In this document: positions 9,745 to 23,670 of the stretch, piece after piece | Position numbering within the stretch: position 1 is the stretch's first letter | Layout of the letters: each line of letters begins with the position of its first letter | NCBI RefSeq assembly: GCF_036321535.1 | Contig: NC_087438.1 | Coordinates: 12,402,001 to 12,466,000 of the forward strand | Direction: 5' to 3' | Source of the DNA: Camelus dromedarius | Taxonomy: Eukaryota | Length of the DNA: 64,000 nucleotides | Notes under the pieces: generated by a model | Seen by the model: the letters and a program-made list of their open reading frames with translations, nothing else | The model's database searches: none | What the model was told of the DNA's origin: nothing | Position numbers and translations under genes: made by a program

Positions 9745-12700
9745 CACCACCAGATTTTAAATCAATATTACTTTCATAACATGGGGACTTTTTCTCTGGT
9801 CTTGCTGTTCATAAAAATGCCTAGGTATTCTGATGGGAAATACTCTGTAGATAATAAAGTATTAATAACTGGCTGAAGAAAGGAAGAGATAGAAATGGAA
9901 GGATGTCTTTTTGTTCTTTTATCCCAGCTAAACAGTTCAATCCGTCCATACTTGGGGGCCTAGGCACAGATGAGTGATAGAAACAGGAGTAGGTGAAGGC
10001 AGTGAGCTACGCCGCCTCTCTAAAAAGTAGGGCAGTGGAGTAAACCCCACCCTGGCCCTGGGTTCCGTGCCAACCCACGAGGGCTGCACAAGGTAGGAAG
10101 AAGTCTCTGGGGCTGTCCGACAAAAAGGGGACGCACTTTCAGTGTTCACAGCCAAAGGCTGTTATCGAGAACTGTGGGATTAGCAAACTCACCCTCCCGC
10201 CCTAAAGCTGAAGGTAGTGGATGGAGAGGTGAGTTTGGTGGATGGTTTAGAACCTCATTTCTGGAGGACTATCAAACGTACCTCAATTTAATTCTGAACA
10301 GAGACTGATAGTCCACATTCAGATAAAGCAAGCTCTATATATGGTCTGAAGTGGTTTCCATCCTACACCAAACTTGAATCTCTCCACCCAGGCCCCGTTG
10401 GTTACCAAGGATCTGATATTGGCTTCCTGATCTATATAATGGGCCCTGTGTTCACATTTCCCTTCCGGGTCACTTCCACACTTCAATCACTCGCTCGGTA
10501 TTTTTCCTTAATGGAAAACGAAACACTTTCCAGAGGGTTTTCCCCCTTAGGTAACTGTGAACTCCTTTTCTTCCCCTTTCGTGTAATTTGTTTTCTAATT
10601 GTTGATTTTTTTACTGTTTATAAGCATTTTCACAAATATTTTAAAGGATTATTTAAAGTAAAACCAGTAAATTTTTCCCCCTTGATGTTCAAAAAAAAAA
10701 AAAAAAAAAAGGAACAAGAAAATCACTTTTCCCCTGTACTTAGTTTATGGTTTGGGCAAACCTTTTTTACCTTTTTAGTTGAATTAGCAAAACAACTGGA
10801 TGCATGAAGGATTATAGGAATGATGATGATAAAGAATTTTAAACATCTCTTAAAGCTTCAGCAACTCAAAGTAGTTCCAGTGTATCTTACCTACATGGAT
10901 GCAACACTTCAGTAGTACAAATTGGTACTTGTCACTTAATAATTTTAGGGAAAAAAATTTCATTTTAATGACATCTCTCCAGGGAAACAGTAATAACCTG
11001 TGCTAAATAACCATGTATTCAAAGACATGCTAATACTAACTTTGTTGAAAAGAGCTATGTATGCTGATTGACTTAAAAGTGAGAGAGCGTTTAGCCCCCT
11101 CTGGGAAGTTTGTGTTTTGGGTACAGAAGTCTTTCCTTGGTCTGTAAACTGACACATTGGTTGTGGATTTTTTTTTTAATTAAATTTTTTGTAATTAAAG
11201 ACGAAGAAAAATTCAAGCAATCAGCATTCCCTAAAATGTAGATCTGCCGGCAGAAGTGACTGTGGCCCCACTGCGCCTTGTGTTTACTTCCCTTCCCTTT
11301 GGTCGATGTGACTTGTTGCTTGTGGGATGAGTTTTTTCCTGCATGTTGTATTTCAGCTCTGGAAGCCTAAGCGCCATTGATTAAGTTGGGTGAGTTCATG
11401 CAAACCGCAATGCTGAAGCAGAACCATCCACACAGTTTAGCAGCTACCGTGGATATACGGGGCAGCAGAGTTAACGCACCATGAAGGCACCTCCAACAGT
11501 TTCCAATCATTTACATACGCTCTTTCCTGAACAGAGTTTACATTATGATTCCTCTATTCATAAATCAAATGGTCCATTTAAAAGAGATTCTATTCAGGAA
11601 AATTTATTTAAAGCTTTGTTTGCCAGTGTTTTTACTTAAGCTAGTTCCTAAAACCTGTAATAAATAAAATGGGTGATTTTCAAGGAAACTGCTTAACCCA
11701 TCAGTATATGCAAAGCATCTTGTGCAGAAGTGAGATCCCTCCTGAAAGAGATTTTCAGAAATTCATTTCTATTTTGGAACAAAAGCTTAAGTTATGAGGC
11801 ATTATAACATCGTGTGTGTGTGTGTGTGTGTTACCATAAAAAAACAGTAGTGTAGCATGCTCAAATACACAATGGCACTGCAGGAAGACTTTCTCTAGAA
11901 TTTTCTGTGACAACAGGGGCAGAGTCTAAATGCAGCACGAGCTACACTGACCAGCTTCCAGGGAGAGGGCTGCATATCATTTGGAGAAAACGGGCCTTTG
12001 CTTTCAGAGAGTTAATCTAGCCTGAAAATCTAAAATACAATGGACCCATCTCATGTCTTTCATTCATTGTTCCTGTCATGTCTTGGTAAAGATGAATCAC
12101 TAACATGCTGTTTTAATTTTATTCCTAGACTCAGTCTCCAGAATCTAAAGGGAACTTTTACCATCTGCGTTTCTAACAGCAAATCCACGCAAATCTACAT
12201 GTTGAGGGGAGGAAGATGAGGAAGTCAGAGTTCTTGCCAAGAAGTCTAACAGGACTCATAACTACATGTTATGACGCCATTCTGTGTAAAGGCCGCTAGA
12301 TCTACCACCCTTTGGAGGTGAGGAGGGAAATTCACTCTATCCCACAGCTTTCAGCACTTTTTCACTTCAACATAAGATGTGTATTTTCATTTCTGGAACT
12401 GCACGTATGATGAAGTCGAATCCCACGTAAGGAAGCAGAGCCCAGCGGTGGGCACTGGGGAGGGGAGGAGGAAGGCACCTCAGCAGGAGGAAAGGAGGCC
12501 GGGGCCTCCTCCTCTGGGAAACTCTGCATCACGGCCAGGAATCCTGGGAATTTTCTCAAGCTGCCTGCCCGCCCTGAGAAAGCAATTTGACCTTCATGTG
12601 GCTGGTCAGTTACGGAGATGAGATTCCAGCCTAGTGACTGCCAACTTGCAAGAGGCTCTGAATGTTTCATTTCAACTTTTTGTTTCTATATTCCTCCCGT

Positions 12701-13265
12701 AAAAAAAGTATCATCTGGGGACCTTCATAAACAAACCTTTTAGCATTTTTTCTGAAGTCTGTAAAATAGAAGCAAATTAAAGCTGTGTCATGTCCTTAAA
12801 ACTATTACCATCATTTCCTTTTCTAGAGGAAAATATTTACTACTCAGCTTAATATGTTACCATATTCTGAATGCTCAGCATTCGAAAAATTAATTTGCCA
12901 TTTGTCTTATAAATGATTTTCAAAACCTGTGTACATTATGGTACGCTTGAATGTGTTACAAGTTTATCTGTATTTCCTGTCATTCATTATTTAGAAGAAA
13001 TAACATCTCCTAAAACAGTCCATGGGATATAAAAAGTCAAGATTCTTGTGACATTAAGTACTGAAATTTTATATTAATTACCTCAGTAAACTACTTTATA
13101 TAATTGTGGTTTACAACATCCCTGAGCAGATGAACTGCAACTGACTTATTTATCCCCAGCTCTAATCATATTTCCAGACCTAGGCAGGCACTTAGCATGT
13201 GTTTGATGTCATTGTTCAGGGAATTAATATAAGTCTGAAAGAAACAGCATTGAAGTTCACGGGTT

Positions 13266-13613
13266 TATTATAGACTGAATGTTTATGTTCATTTCACATG
13301 TTGAAAACTTAATTGAAAAATGGGGTGGATTCTTTGGGAGGTGATTAGGTCATGATGGTGGAGTCCCTGTGAATGGGGTTAGTGCCCTTATAAGGGAGAG
13401 CCAGAGAATTCTGTCCCCCTTTTGCCAAATGAGGACACAGAGGGAACATGGCCATCTGCGAAGCAGGAGGCAGGTTTTCACCAGACCCCACATCTGCCAG
13501 AGCCTTGGTCTTGGGCTGCTCAGCCTCCAGGACTGTGAGAAGGAAGTTTCTGTTGTTTATAAGCCACTCAATCAATGGTATTTTGTGCACAGCAGCCCGA
13601 ACAGACTAAGTCA
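13266..13613 (+). mobile_element. MLT1A-like MaLR solo LTR
   Basis: tatagactgaatgttt...tttgggaggtgattaggtcatga...gtgcccttataag...cagcctccaggactgtgaga...tttctgttgtttataagccac...cagcagcccgaacagactaagtca. Confidence 0.88.
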
Positions 13614-16600
13614 TGTTTTTATACACTGAATGCTATTTAACTTGGACTTATTTTTTAATCTCTTTTTTGACTGTCTCAGAATGCATTCAGTGGAATTAAG
13701 AAAACACTTAAAAACATCTTACATTTAAAACTAACAGTCCATCAGACTTTATAGTTATTAACCAATCCATGCCATGCCAGCAGTAATGCCTTTGATTTGC
13801 ACAGATGCAGGCAGAATGAAGTCTATTTTACTTAGAACTGGAATTTAGCCTCTAATTACCACCATCCATCCTCAAGGCTCAGCCTGTGTGGACCCCTTCT
13901 TGCTTTGGGGGAGGCAGAGATAAACAGGAGCACGTTGAGTGGGGACTGGCCCATCCCTGGGCAGCATACGGCCTTGGGGAGATGACACACATCTCCTTTT
14001 AGAAGTTTGCTTTCTTCAACTATATGATTTAAAACCACTGAGCCCCAGCTCACATAGTCTTGGAGAATCTCGGGTAAACAACTTCACATTCCTTTACCCT
14101 CAACCTGACCAACGACTGTGTAATTCTAAATTCCCACGAGGCGGTGGGTTTGACTTTCTTGGACTCTGCCCACGGTCTGGAACGAGGTTTCTTTATTTGA
14201 TAAGTTCTCCGGCTAAAGTTTCAAGGAGACTGGCAATTATTCTCCAGGCAATACTATCTCTTTATCTTAAGAAAAGCTTTTTGTACCAATTTTTCAATGT
14301 TCTGGTTGATCCAAAATATGAGGAGGGGGAGTGTTTGCTGTCAGAGAGTCTTGTCCTTTATTGGTGAAAAATACAAACAACCTATTCAGATCATGAGAAG
14401 GATCATAGAGAGTTTCTGAGCCCAAACCCCTTCCTTTTCTCAGACGGGGAGACGGATGCCCAGAGAGGTTAACTGAAGCCATACCAGGTGCTTGCTGTGC
14501 ACTTGGGGCGGGAACAGGAGCCTTGGTTGACTGAATGAAACAGGGTTCCTTCAACATCCTTGCCTGGTTATAAAATTGCCCTTTAAGTCCCTGATTATGT
14601 GCAGAGTCTGTGAGCTCGGCTGAGTGTTACTGTTCACAAATGTATCTTTTTACTTAAGGATTAGAAAGTGTGTACCGACTTAGCCCAGGTGAGCTTTGAT
14701 CTCACCCAAGGTCAACGTCGAAAACTGCGTCTTTTATGAAAGGGGAACAGGAAAATCCAGGATGAGATTTCACATACATATTTATTCTTCTGATAAGCGT
14801 CACATTTCCTTATGCTGTGACTTTCACTTCCCCTGTTAATGATTTGATTGTGTGTCCCTCTCCAGCACGATTTGGGTTTCCCTGAAACCAGATAAGTAAT
14901 GAGTCTCAGCCTGACTCAGTCAGTCATTAGATATCTGACTATAGTCTGTAGTATCAATTTAGTGTTTAACATATCATTCTTTGTTGGTTACTTCTTTCCC
15001 TGAGTTTCACCCCAAAATATAAGCTAAGCTCCTTAAAGGCAACAGGCTTAGCTTAATGTCTTTTACATCATTCATTCTGAAGAACATTCTTGAAGCTACT
15101 TGAAAACCCAAATTGTACACGGTGAGCTGCTTAAAAGTGATCATGGCAAAGCATGAATGTATTGTTTGGGCAAAGATGAATTTCCACATCAGAATGCGTG
15201 GAGCCGGATACTCCTACAGTCCCACGAGTTCAAGTTTCCAAGGGATTTCTGTGCACAGATCAAACCTCTCCAAACATTTTTGTCATCCCTTTCTTGACTC
15301 TTTTTCTCCTAGAACCAGTTGTTTGAATTACCAGGGGCTTAATCGTCTCTTAGTAGGCACTAGTTTGGAAATTTCTAGCTCTTCCTCTGTTCTTCAAAAT
15401 GGACATACATATTCTCAAAAGAAATGACCATGAGCTGGCCAGTGTTTTGTGGATGATGTCCCCCCGAACTCCTATATATTTGCTGACAGATAATGGACAT
15501 TAACTGGGGTGGGAAACTGCCCTGGGCTTGATTCCATGCCATCTGTATCATATTATCGCTTGGCCACTAAGCCTGTGCCCAGAGAATATTTTCCCCTTGT
15601 GGGTGATACGCCTTTAAGACAGAAAACGCAAAGGCTTAAAGCCACCAGGCAATTCCGGGAGAAGAGTAACTCCTTTGTTGTGCTTCTGTTGACACCTCTG
15701 TTCTCAGGTTAATTACACATTTGGTTAATTGGTTTAATTAGTTAATTGGTTTGCAGAGCCGGCCTCCCTGGTGAGAATGACAAGACCCAGGGAACTGCCA
15801 ATTCATGTATAGATATGTCTTGTCTTTGCTTGTGGCCGATAACCAGGGCGAACACACTGCTTACTTTAAAGAGTTTGTTTTGGGGGAATTTACTTCTTGT
15901 TCTCCAAAACGGGTTCCCCTTTTCTTTAGGACATAAGCTGAGTAAATGCCAGTTTCCTGCCAATTCCAGAAAAGTCTGCTCTTCCTCAGCGAGGAAGGAG
16001 GTGGGAATGGCAGGTCCCAGGAGCAGGAGGTGTGGTTGTGGAGAAGATGTGGCTGTTGGTTGGGAGGTGATGAATGTGAGCCGGAGATTTGGAGGCGTCC
16101 TCTCGCCTCGGCAGAGAAGACCAGAAAAAGAAATGGGATTTCAGTGTGTCAATTCTGAAAGCTAACATTGTCTGAATAACCCATGCAAATGAATTCTTTC
16201 TAGACTGCTAGTGGAACAAAAGGAAACAAAAACATAATTTTTAACCATAGATTAGTCTTACAGCTACAGACTACCTCTCTAATCATTTTTAATCCTTTCC
16301 ATTTTCAATTTGCCTAAAATTGCATTTTTCACAAGATGATGTTATGGATATTGAATAAGTTATTTGCATATCTTGTCTGGCATCTTGGGGATCAAAGATT
16401 AGAGCAGAAAACTCCGGGTTCCTTTTCCATGATGAATTGCACTCACAGTGGAGAGTTGAGGGCTGGTCTCCCCATGCAGATCCACTCATGTGGTTCTGAG
16501 AGATCTGGAAGGGACGTGGCTAAAGACTTTAAAGTTGGTCTAGATCCCTTTAACTAGAGAATGGAGCATAATTATCCATTTTCGGAATGAGGTTGTTTTG

Positions 16601-18364
16601 TCCCAACCGGCTCTAATTGTTGGGTTTCTCATTTCAGTCCTCAGAATTATAATCTCCTTTGTCAGATTTGCCTAAGAATCTTCTTTCCTTTCCTCATAAT
16701 TAGGGAACAATCTTTAATCAAACTTTTCTTTGAACGAGTTTAATGACATCTCATTCCAGCTTTATTGACCAGTGTGGCTAATTGATCTTTTTTCTTCCAT
16801 AATCTTGCTTGATGTGCTTTAAAGGCAATTTATAGCTCATTTCATTTCATTTCATTATTTCATTTCATTTTCTCTTTATTGCCAAATAATTCTTTTAAAA
16901 ATGATAATTACTTAAAAAATCCTAGAGGTCATCTAACAGTATTACTATATGGTTTCTGTTTTTCCTTCTGAATCAGCCTTTCTATTGCTCCCTACAAATC
17001 ATACTTTGAGCGACATTTTTCTTCAGATTTGAGGTTTGAAACCCAACCATGAGACCAGCATCCTATAACCAGGGCGGAAGTCTGTGGCAAAAGTTCTCAT
17101 GCTTTGCGCTGTGTGTGAAAGTCTTGTTCATACATCCCAATGTCAGAGGCCATTTCCTCTTTTTTTAGGGAGGCTTGGGGAAGAAAAGCGGGTGGCAACA
17201 GTGTCTCACTGATGACTCATGTTCCTGTGTCTGTGAGCCCTGGGTGAATGGCGGGTGGAACTCTCCAGAACAGTATTCTCAGGGTGGGCAGCCTTCCTTA
17301 GTGGGTCTGATTCCTTCTGCTTTTTTTTTTTTTTTTTCCTTTCTGCCAAATTCTGGCTAGGTGTTCACCCCAGCATCATACCCTTAGAAAGGAAACAGGA
17401 AATGAGAACAGAACTACTGTAGACCAGACTGGAAGGAACAAAAAAGAAAGAAAGGAAAAAAAAACCCAACAAAACAGCAACAACAACAAAAATCCTAGAG
17501 GGGAGAAGAGGGTAACTGAAGGCAGAGAAAGAAATGAGATGCATAGAAACAGCACTGAGAAAAAGGAGAAGGGTCCAGCATTGCATTAAAGCAGTTACCC
17601 TTGTCCTGGTCATACCTGCCTTTGCATTGATGGAAAGGAAATTGTTTGGTGTCCAACTCTCAAATGCTTGAGATTTAGCTCTATGGGCCCAGACATGTTT
17701 GGTGTGAAAGATGTTTTAATCACCTGCTGACTATTCCTGGCAAAGCCTATCTCAGTCAGCTCTGTGCAGCAGGGTGGGCTGCACGTAGGAGGAGGGTGGA
17801 GAAGGGAAGGAGCAGGGAGGAGTCCCAGAGAAGGATGAGGTAGTTCTGCTGGGAGTCTCCCCTCTAGGGAAGCCAGCAGCCTGGTGAGTCAGTGAAGTCC
17901 AGCCACGGGTCCAAGTTGATGGGGTTTTAAGGAGAAGGGTCACAGAGAGCAGGAGGTGACAAGGTGATGAGCCCCCTGGGGCCACAGGAAAGACAGAGTT
18001 ACGTGGCTGAGTTTCCTGTTGGCTGCACTGTACTTAGCAAAACAGCTAGATGAGCAGGATTCCATGAGAATTAGCCAATATTCCTGGGCTGTATTTTCAC
18101 CCTGTAAAATTATCAACTTCAGGTGTAACTGTTGTTAGTTGTAACCTAATCACCTCTCCCGATGAGAAGATTCTTGTTTTCTTGCCCTTGTCTAATAGTA
18201 ATGAGAGCTGTCAGTGTCAGCTATAAATTAACATTACATATTTGCCTTGAAGCCACTCAAGTCAGAGATGAGACTGAAACTGAGATCACACATGCCCCTG
18301 GTTTCCCAATCTGCCAAAGGATGAATGTGGTATTAATCCAAACTGGCTGCCAGGCCACTTTTAC

Positions 18365-18893
18365 TGCAATAGCAAAGAGCAGATCTGACTGCGTATTAGA
18401 TCTGTTCCTTTGGCTTTAACCCTGTGCCCTGCTTTCTAGGCTTAGTCGCGCTGGCTCTGCACCTTTTGTAAAAGAATGTTGCCTAGAGCCTGAAATACAC
18501 AGGAGAGCCCATTCTCAAAGCTGTGACCTTTAAGGATGGTAACACTTTTGCACTTATGTAAAGATAACAAGTTGCAGGAAAGTTTTGTTAGAGATTTTAC
18601 AGGGGCACCACGACCTGACCCATGTGGATCCACAGCTGTAAGAATAAAGGATTCCAAGAACAAAGAATTCCTGCACCAAGAAGTTTGCAACGACCAACCG
18701 CACCCCCTCCCCTTTTTAGTATAAAAGAAGCCTGAATTCTGACTTGGGGAACATGGTTCTCCGGGACATCAGTCTGCCATCTTCTCAGTCTGCCGGCTTC
18801 TTAAATAAAGTCGCTGTTCTCTGCCCCAACACCTCGTCTCCCGATTTACTAGCCTGTCATGCAGCGAACAGAATGAGTTTGGACTTGGTAACA
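18365..18893 (+). mobile_element. ERV1-class solo LTR with TATA box and poly(A) signal
   Basis: TG...CA ends (tgcaatagc...ggacttggtaaca), TATAAAA at 18720-18726 and AATAAA at 18804-18809 in U3-R-U5 order. No clear TSD. Confidence 0.8.
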
Positions 18894-18989
18894 CTAACAC
18901 CTTCAGTTTTTCTTAACTTCCAGAGCATGTGCTCAGTCCTCTACTCAGTGTTGGAGATACTCCTTCGACTACTATGTGTGCCCGCAGTA

Positions 18990-19190
18990 GAAATCATAGA
19001 AGCCAACGCTTACATGTACTTGCTACACACCAAACACTGTTCTAAGCACCACCTAGCACACATATATTCAGTCATTTCCTCCTCCAAACTACGAGGAATG
19101 TTGTGTTATATTTTCTCATTTTTACAAATAAGGAAACTGAGGCGCAGAAAAGTTAAAGTTGCCCCAGGTCACATGCTATGAGGTGGCCGA
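18990..19190 (-). mobile_element. MIR SINE
   Basis: cactgttctaagcac...ctcatttttacaaataaggaaactgaggcgcagaaaagttaaagttgccccaggtcaca. Confidence 0.8.
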
Positions 19191-19199
19191 GAAGGGACA

Positions 19200-19880
19200 C
19201 GGGATAATGACTAACAAGGAAGATTCCCATCCTGTCTTCAGAATGGTGGCAGTCCCCACGGGCCACCAAACACTGGTTTGAAGTTGAAATTAAGTGCTGT
19301 CATTGCCAGACCAAGTAAAAACACAGCAGAGGCAACCAACCAACCATGGAGGCCAGGCAGGGCTGCCCAGAACAAGTGTTACACGGGATGTGTCTGCAGG
19401 CGGAGTTGGGGTGGCTGCAGAGTGTGCAGCGCAAACAGCCTGCTGAGAACTGAGGCTGTCGCAGGTGGAAGGACGAAAAGAAGCTGAATGTGGCTGAGAT
19501 GTTAAGAACAAGTTGGGGGAGGGATGGTTTGAGGCAGGAGGCAGCAGCACACTGGGGAAGGCCCTGCAGTCCCATTCAAGACTGGCTGTTATCCCTGCAG
19601 TCTGAGGAAGCTGTCACGAGGTGCCGCGTGAGGAGGTGAATGGCTCGTACTTGGCTGTAGTGGGAGAAGTGCATGGGGTTTAGATTAGAGGCTGAGATCT
19701 GAGAAGAGACTCCTTAGTCATGGGGATTCGGACTGGGGCCATGTCCCTGAGAGCGGAGAGAAGATGGATTTGAAAGCTAAGGAAGAGGTAGGGCTAGATT
19801 CTCAGAGACACTCCGTGGTTGACCAGAAGCCAGGGATTCGGGCCTGGGCAACTGGCTCAATGGTGGTGCCATGTGCTGAG
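19200..19880 (-). mobile_element. Degenerate L2 fragments
   Basis: gagaagatggatttgaaagct...ggcctgggcaactggctcaatggtggtgccatgtgctgag resembles reverse L2. Confidence 0.45.
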
Positions 19881-20266
19881 GGAAAGAACAGCTCATACAC
19901 TCTCATTCCCTCCCCAGTCTGTCCCCCGCCCCAGCAGTCCTCTCAGGTCCCATGTGGAACCTGAAAGAGTGGGCTTTAACCAATGGAGACAGACGACTGG
20001 TGGGCTTCTGGAATAGACAGCAGAGCCCTGGAAGGCTTGTGTCAGGGTGATGTTGGTGCCCTGCCTGGGCGCACTTTGTATGGGAGTGCTGCCCCTGCCC
20101 CCCGCTGCATAATTGCTTGAGTGGTCACCTGAGTGATCCTCTCCAAAGAAATGCTCTTGAAACTCCAAGACCCCTCCCCACCAGACACACACGGGCGGCT
20201 GGCCAGCGAACCAACAGATAAGGTGATGGGAAGAGCCCGCCTCCTCACTTCCAGGTGGGACCACTC

Positions 20267-20567
20267 TGTGGTTTGGGTGATGTGGAAATTAAGTTAAAAT
20301 GAGGTCGCTAAGATGGGGCCCTAATCCAATCTGACTGGCGTCCTTATAAGACAAGGAGATTGGGACACGCCAGGGACACCAGGGATGTGCATGACAGAGG
20401 GGTGACCTAGAGGAGAGGCAGGAAGAGGGAGGCCGTCTGCAAGCCAAGGGGTGAGGCCTCAGGAGAAGCCACAGCTGCCAACGCCTTGATCTTGGACTTC
20501 TGGCCTCTGTTGTCTAAGCCGCCCAGTCTGTGCTGCTTTGTTACAGCAGCTCTAGGACACTAATACA
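20267..20567 (+). mobile_element. MLT1B-like MaLR LTR, apparently inserted in an older LTR16-like element (remnant to ~20667)
   Basis: aattaagttaaaatgaggtc...ggccctaatccaatctgactggcgtccttataaga...ctgcaagccaagg...ccttgatcttggacttctggcctc...ttacagcagc...ctaataca. It is followed by cccaataaacc...gtctcagg...ccaggaca. Confidence 0.85.
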
Positions 20568-22829
20568 CTCCCTTAACTGTTCTTCCTGATGAGCCTTCCC
20601 CCAATAAACCACAAGCACTGGGACACTGGTCTCAGGCTTGGCCCCTCGGGGACGTGACCCAGGACACCAAAGCACTAGGGAAAAAATGTTGGGTTGGATT
20701 CCAAATGTGTCAGCCCTTTGTGGATTATTTTATTAACTTGTTAGAGAAGGGCGAATGCCCAGGAAACAGAGAGGCCGACCAAGGGTTCCCAGGGTCTGTC
20801 TGTTCTGGAGCTGGTCCAGGCTATAGAGGAGGAGGGCCCCCAAGTTTCATCTAAGACTGAAGTCTCTCTCTTTTTCTCAGTTGCTCAGCCTTCAATATCT
20901 TAAAAAAGTCTAAGTTCAAAATAATGTACAGGTGAATTAATTTGTTTCCGGTTAAAGCAGAAAAAAATGGTTAAAACCAATTTCAGTCTATTAGAACATA
21001 GACATCTCTTTAGGTTTCTCGACACCACATGCTTTCTACTTGTCCTTATGGCCGTGTACATGGGAGAGATGGGAAGGGTCAGAGCTGGCTGGAAAATGAT
21101 CTGGGGTCAAATTTGGATTCAGCCAATGTGGGATTTTAAACTCTTTACTCTGCCAGCTTCAGGTTGCTTTTTGTTTGTCCTTAAAAAAAAAAAAACCAAA
21201 ACCAAATAAACAGGAAAAATGGAGTCCAAAACCTCTCTAAGTCCTTCTCCCTTGAATGGTCTCATTATTCTGATGGTGAATCCAGGATATTTGGGATGAA
21301 GGTATGGTTACAGATTCTTGGGTCATCCCCGTAGGAAGAGTCTCGCCTCCTTCAGCTGCGGGTGTAGTCACAACCCACCCCGCCTTCATTGGTGAACATC
21401 AACTCTTTTCACCTTTCTGTCCTCAATTCCCCTGGCTGGTCCTGCGTGTCAAATAAACCTCTCCGAACAGACTTGGAGTCTGGCTCGGCAGCATTTATTG
21501 AAAACCCATTATGTCCTGTTTACTTATTCTGCAATCGGAGCCTGGACGTTTCTGATACCCACTAGTGGGAAAGTTCTGGCCAAAGAGGAGTCGATTGTTC
21601 TGGTCCTGTCCTGTCCCATGATATCACACAGCCATCTGTGGAGCACAGCTGAAAGCTTTTGTCCCCCTAGTAGTTACGTGGTTAACCCTGAGAGAGAGAG
21701 AGAGAAAGACAGAGAAAGGGAGGGAGGGAGAGAGAGTTGGGTGTTGGTTTTATTAGCTTGAGACACTTCATGCCGTGTTTTTGAGGAACTGTCAAAATCC
21801 CCAAAGTACGCCTTCCAGCGTGCAGTTTATTTTCTTAAGCCTCTGCTGACAGGGAACTGACCAAGAGACGGGAGGTGTCTGAAACATCACAAGAATGAAG
21901 TCTTCTTGCTTTTGTCCAGCAGAGCGATTCCCTCACAGGTCCCTACAAGCAGTGCAATCAGCCCGATTCCAAGCGGCTTGAGGCGTGACTCATGAAAACG
22001 TATCCAAATGCGGATTAGACGCTCTCAGTTTTTTGTTTCAATGCACGATGACCACGGTGGAAGCGATTGTAGATTTTTGAAAAGCAGAGACTTGCCAGAG
22101 ACCAGTAACTCCTAAGGCGTGAACTCCCATGCCCCATCTGCCTCATGCATTTTTGTGTTGTCACAGTATCTAACCGTGCTTGGCACATTGGGCCATGAAT
22201 GAAGAACGTGATGGGTAACAAACGTGGCCCTGAGGCTCGAATCCTGGTTCATGCTTCAGCTGGTGGAGCAGTATTAATCCTGCCTCTGGCAACTGGCCGC
22301 GGGTTAAGTGAGACACGAAACCAGCTCCTCAACCAGCCCCGGGTGAAGCCAGGGCTCCGCGGCCCCGGTTCATTTCTTTATTATACCTACCGCCTTCACA
22401 AAGGATCCCATACGTTCCGCAGGGGGCATTTATTGTTTGTCGCACCAACTCTGTGCATCTTATTTGTAAACGATCCCACTGCCTAGAGTCTCAGGCACAC
22501 ATAGCTGGACAAGAATAAATTTCTGTTGAGGGAATGAATGTATAAATGAACGTGTGAACACAGAAGATGTACAGATATCACCGAGTTGATATATATTGAG
22601 AAAGTCATCCGTGCACGGTATGGTGAGACTCTGTAAAAGAACCAGATTCTGTTTTTAAGAATGTATAACCTTCCTGGAAGCGAGAACCAAGCCCTGACAT
22701 CCCCTCCGGCCTTCACTCTCCCATCTCACGGACTTGCATCCCTCAGTCCACGGTCAGCAGGCCCTGCCAGCTACCTCCTGGAGTGAAAATGGATTCACAC
22801 GAACGATTCAGCATGTATGCATTTCTAAC

Positions 22830-23047
22830 AAATGATACAACAAATCCATGGTGACCTAACAGTGGTTGCTTTCTTGGGTAAGGAGGGGTTGGATTTGACT
22901 AGAAAGGGGCACGAGGGAACTTGCTGGGGTGTTGAAAAGTTTTTAGAACTTGATCAGAGTGGTGGTTTACATGCATGTATGCGACTGTCAAATCCCACTG
23001 AAATACAGATGTGTGCATTTCATGATATTTAAATTATGCCTCAATTC
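22830..23047 (+). mobile_element. Old L1M (L1ME/MC-type) 3' end fragment
   Basis: cagtggttgc...ttgactagaaaggggcacgagggaacttgctggggtg...cttgatcagagtggtggttt...tgtgcatttca...taaattatgcctcaat. Confidence 0.75.
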
Positions 23048-23344
23048 ATTAATGAGTGGACAATGTTTGAGATGAGATATTTCAACAATGATTTCTATCC
23101 AAGCACACGTGCTCCCTGTTAGCTCTTAGTTTGCCCCTCACCAGATCTCGTGTCCTGTGGTCTCCCCTCCCCTCCAGCACTGACATGGGGACATGGGGCA
23201 GGTGAGTGCATGTGTGGGGGGTCAGTTCTTAGGAACTGTTGAAACATCTTCGGTCGGTTTGTATTACCAAAGTGGGCAGAATAGATGTTATTTATTCAAA
23301 GAGGTGGTAGTTTGCACCTTGCCTGAAGTTAAGGACCTTAATCT

Positions 23345-23670
23345 TTCAAGAAACTGAGACCCAGATGAATCAAGCAATTTTCCCTAAAGTCATACAATCA
23401 ACCAGTTCAGAACTGGGTTTGAAACTCAGACTAAGTCACTCACCCCACATCCAGTTTTCTTTCCATCATAGTGTGTGGAGCAGAAAAATCTTTTCCTTAG
23501 TCCAACCTATGCTCCTGTCCTTGATCTCTTGTGTTATTATCTGTATGAATTCAAAATGGTTCACTTACTATCTCCGGGCCTCGGTTTCCACATCTATAAA
23601 ATGGAGACACAGGACTTATCTGTGCTTAGGACTAAAACAATGTCTATCAACGCGAGGTGCTTAGTAACTG
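23345..23670. mobile_element. Two MIR fragments in opposite orientation
   Basis: agaaactgagaccc...aaagtcatacaa (-) followed by gggcctcggtttccacatctataaaatggaga (+). Confidence 0.55.

Noticed and set aside
21900..22450. Possible CpG island or promoter
   Set aside because: Only a modest local CpG increase (e.g. 22296-22368), too short and dilute by eye to call an island.
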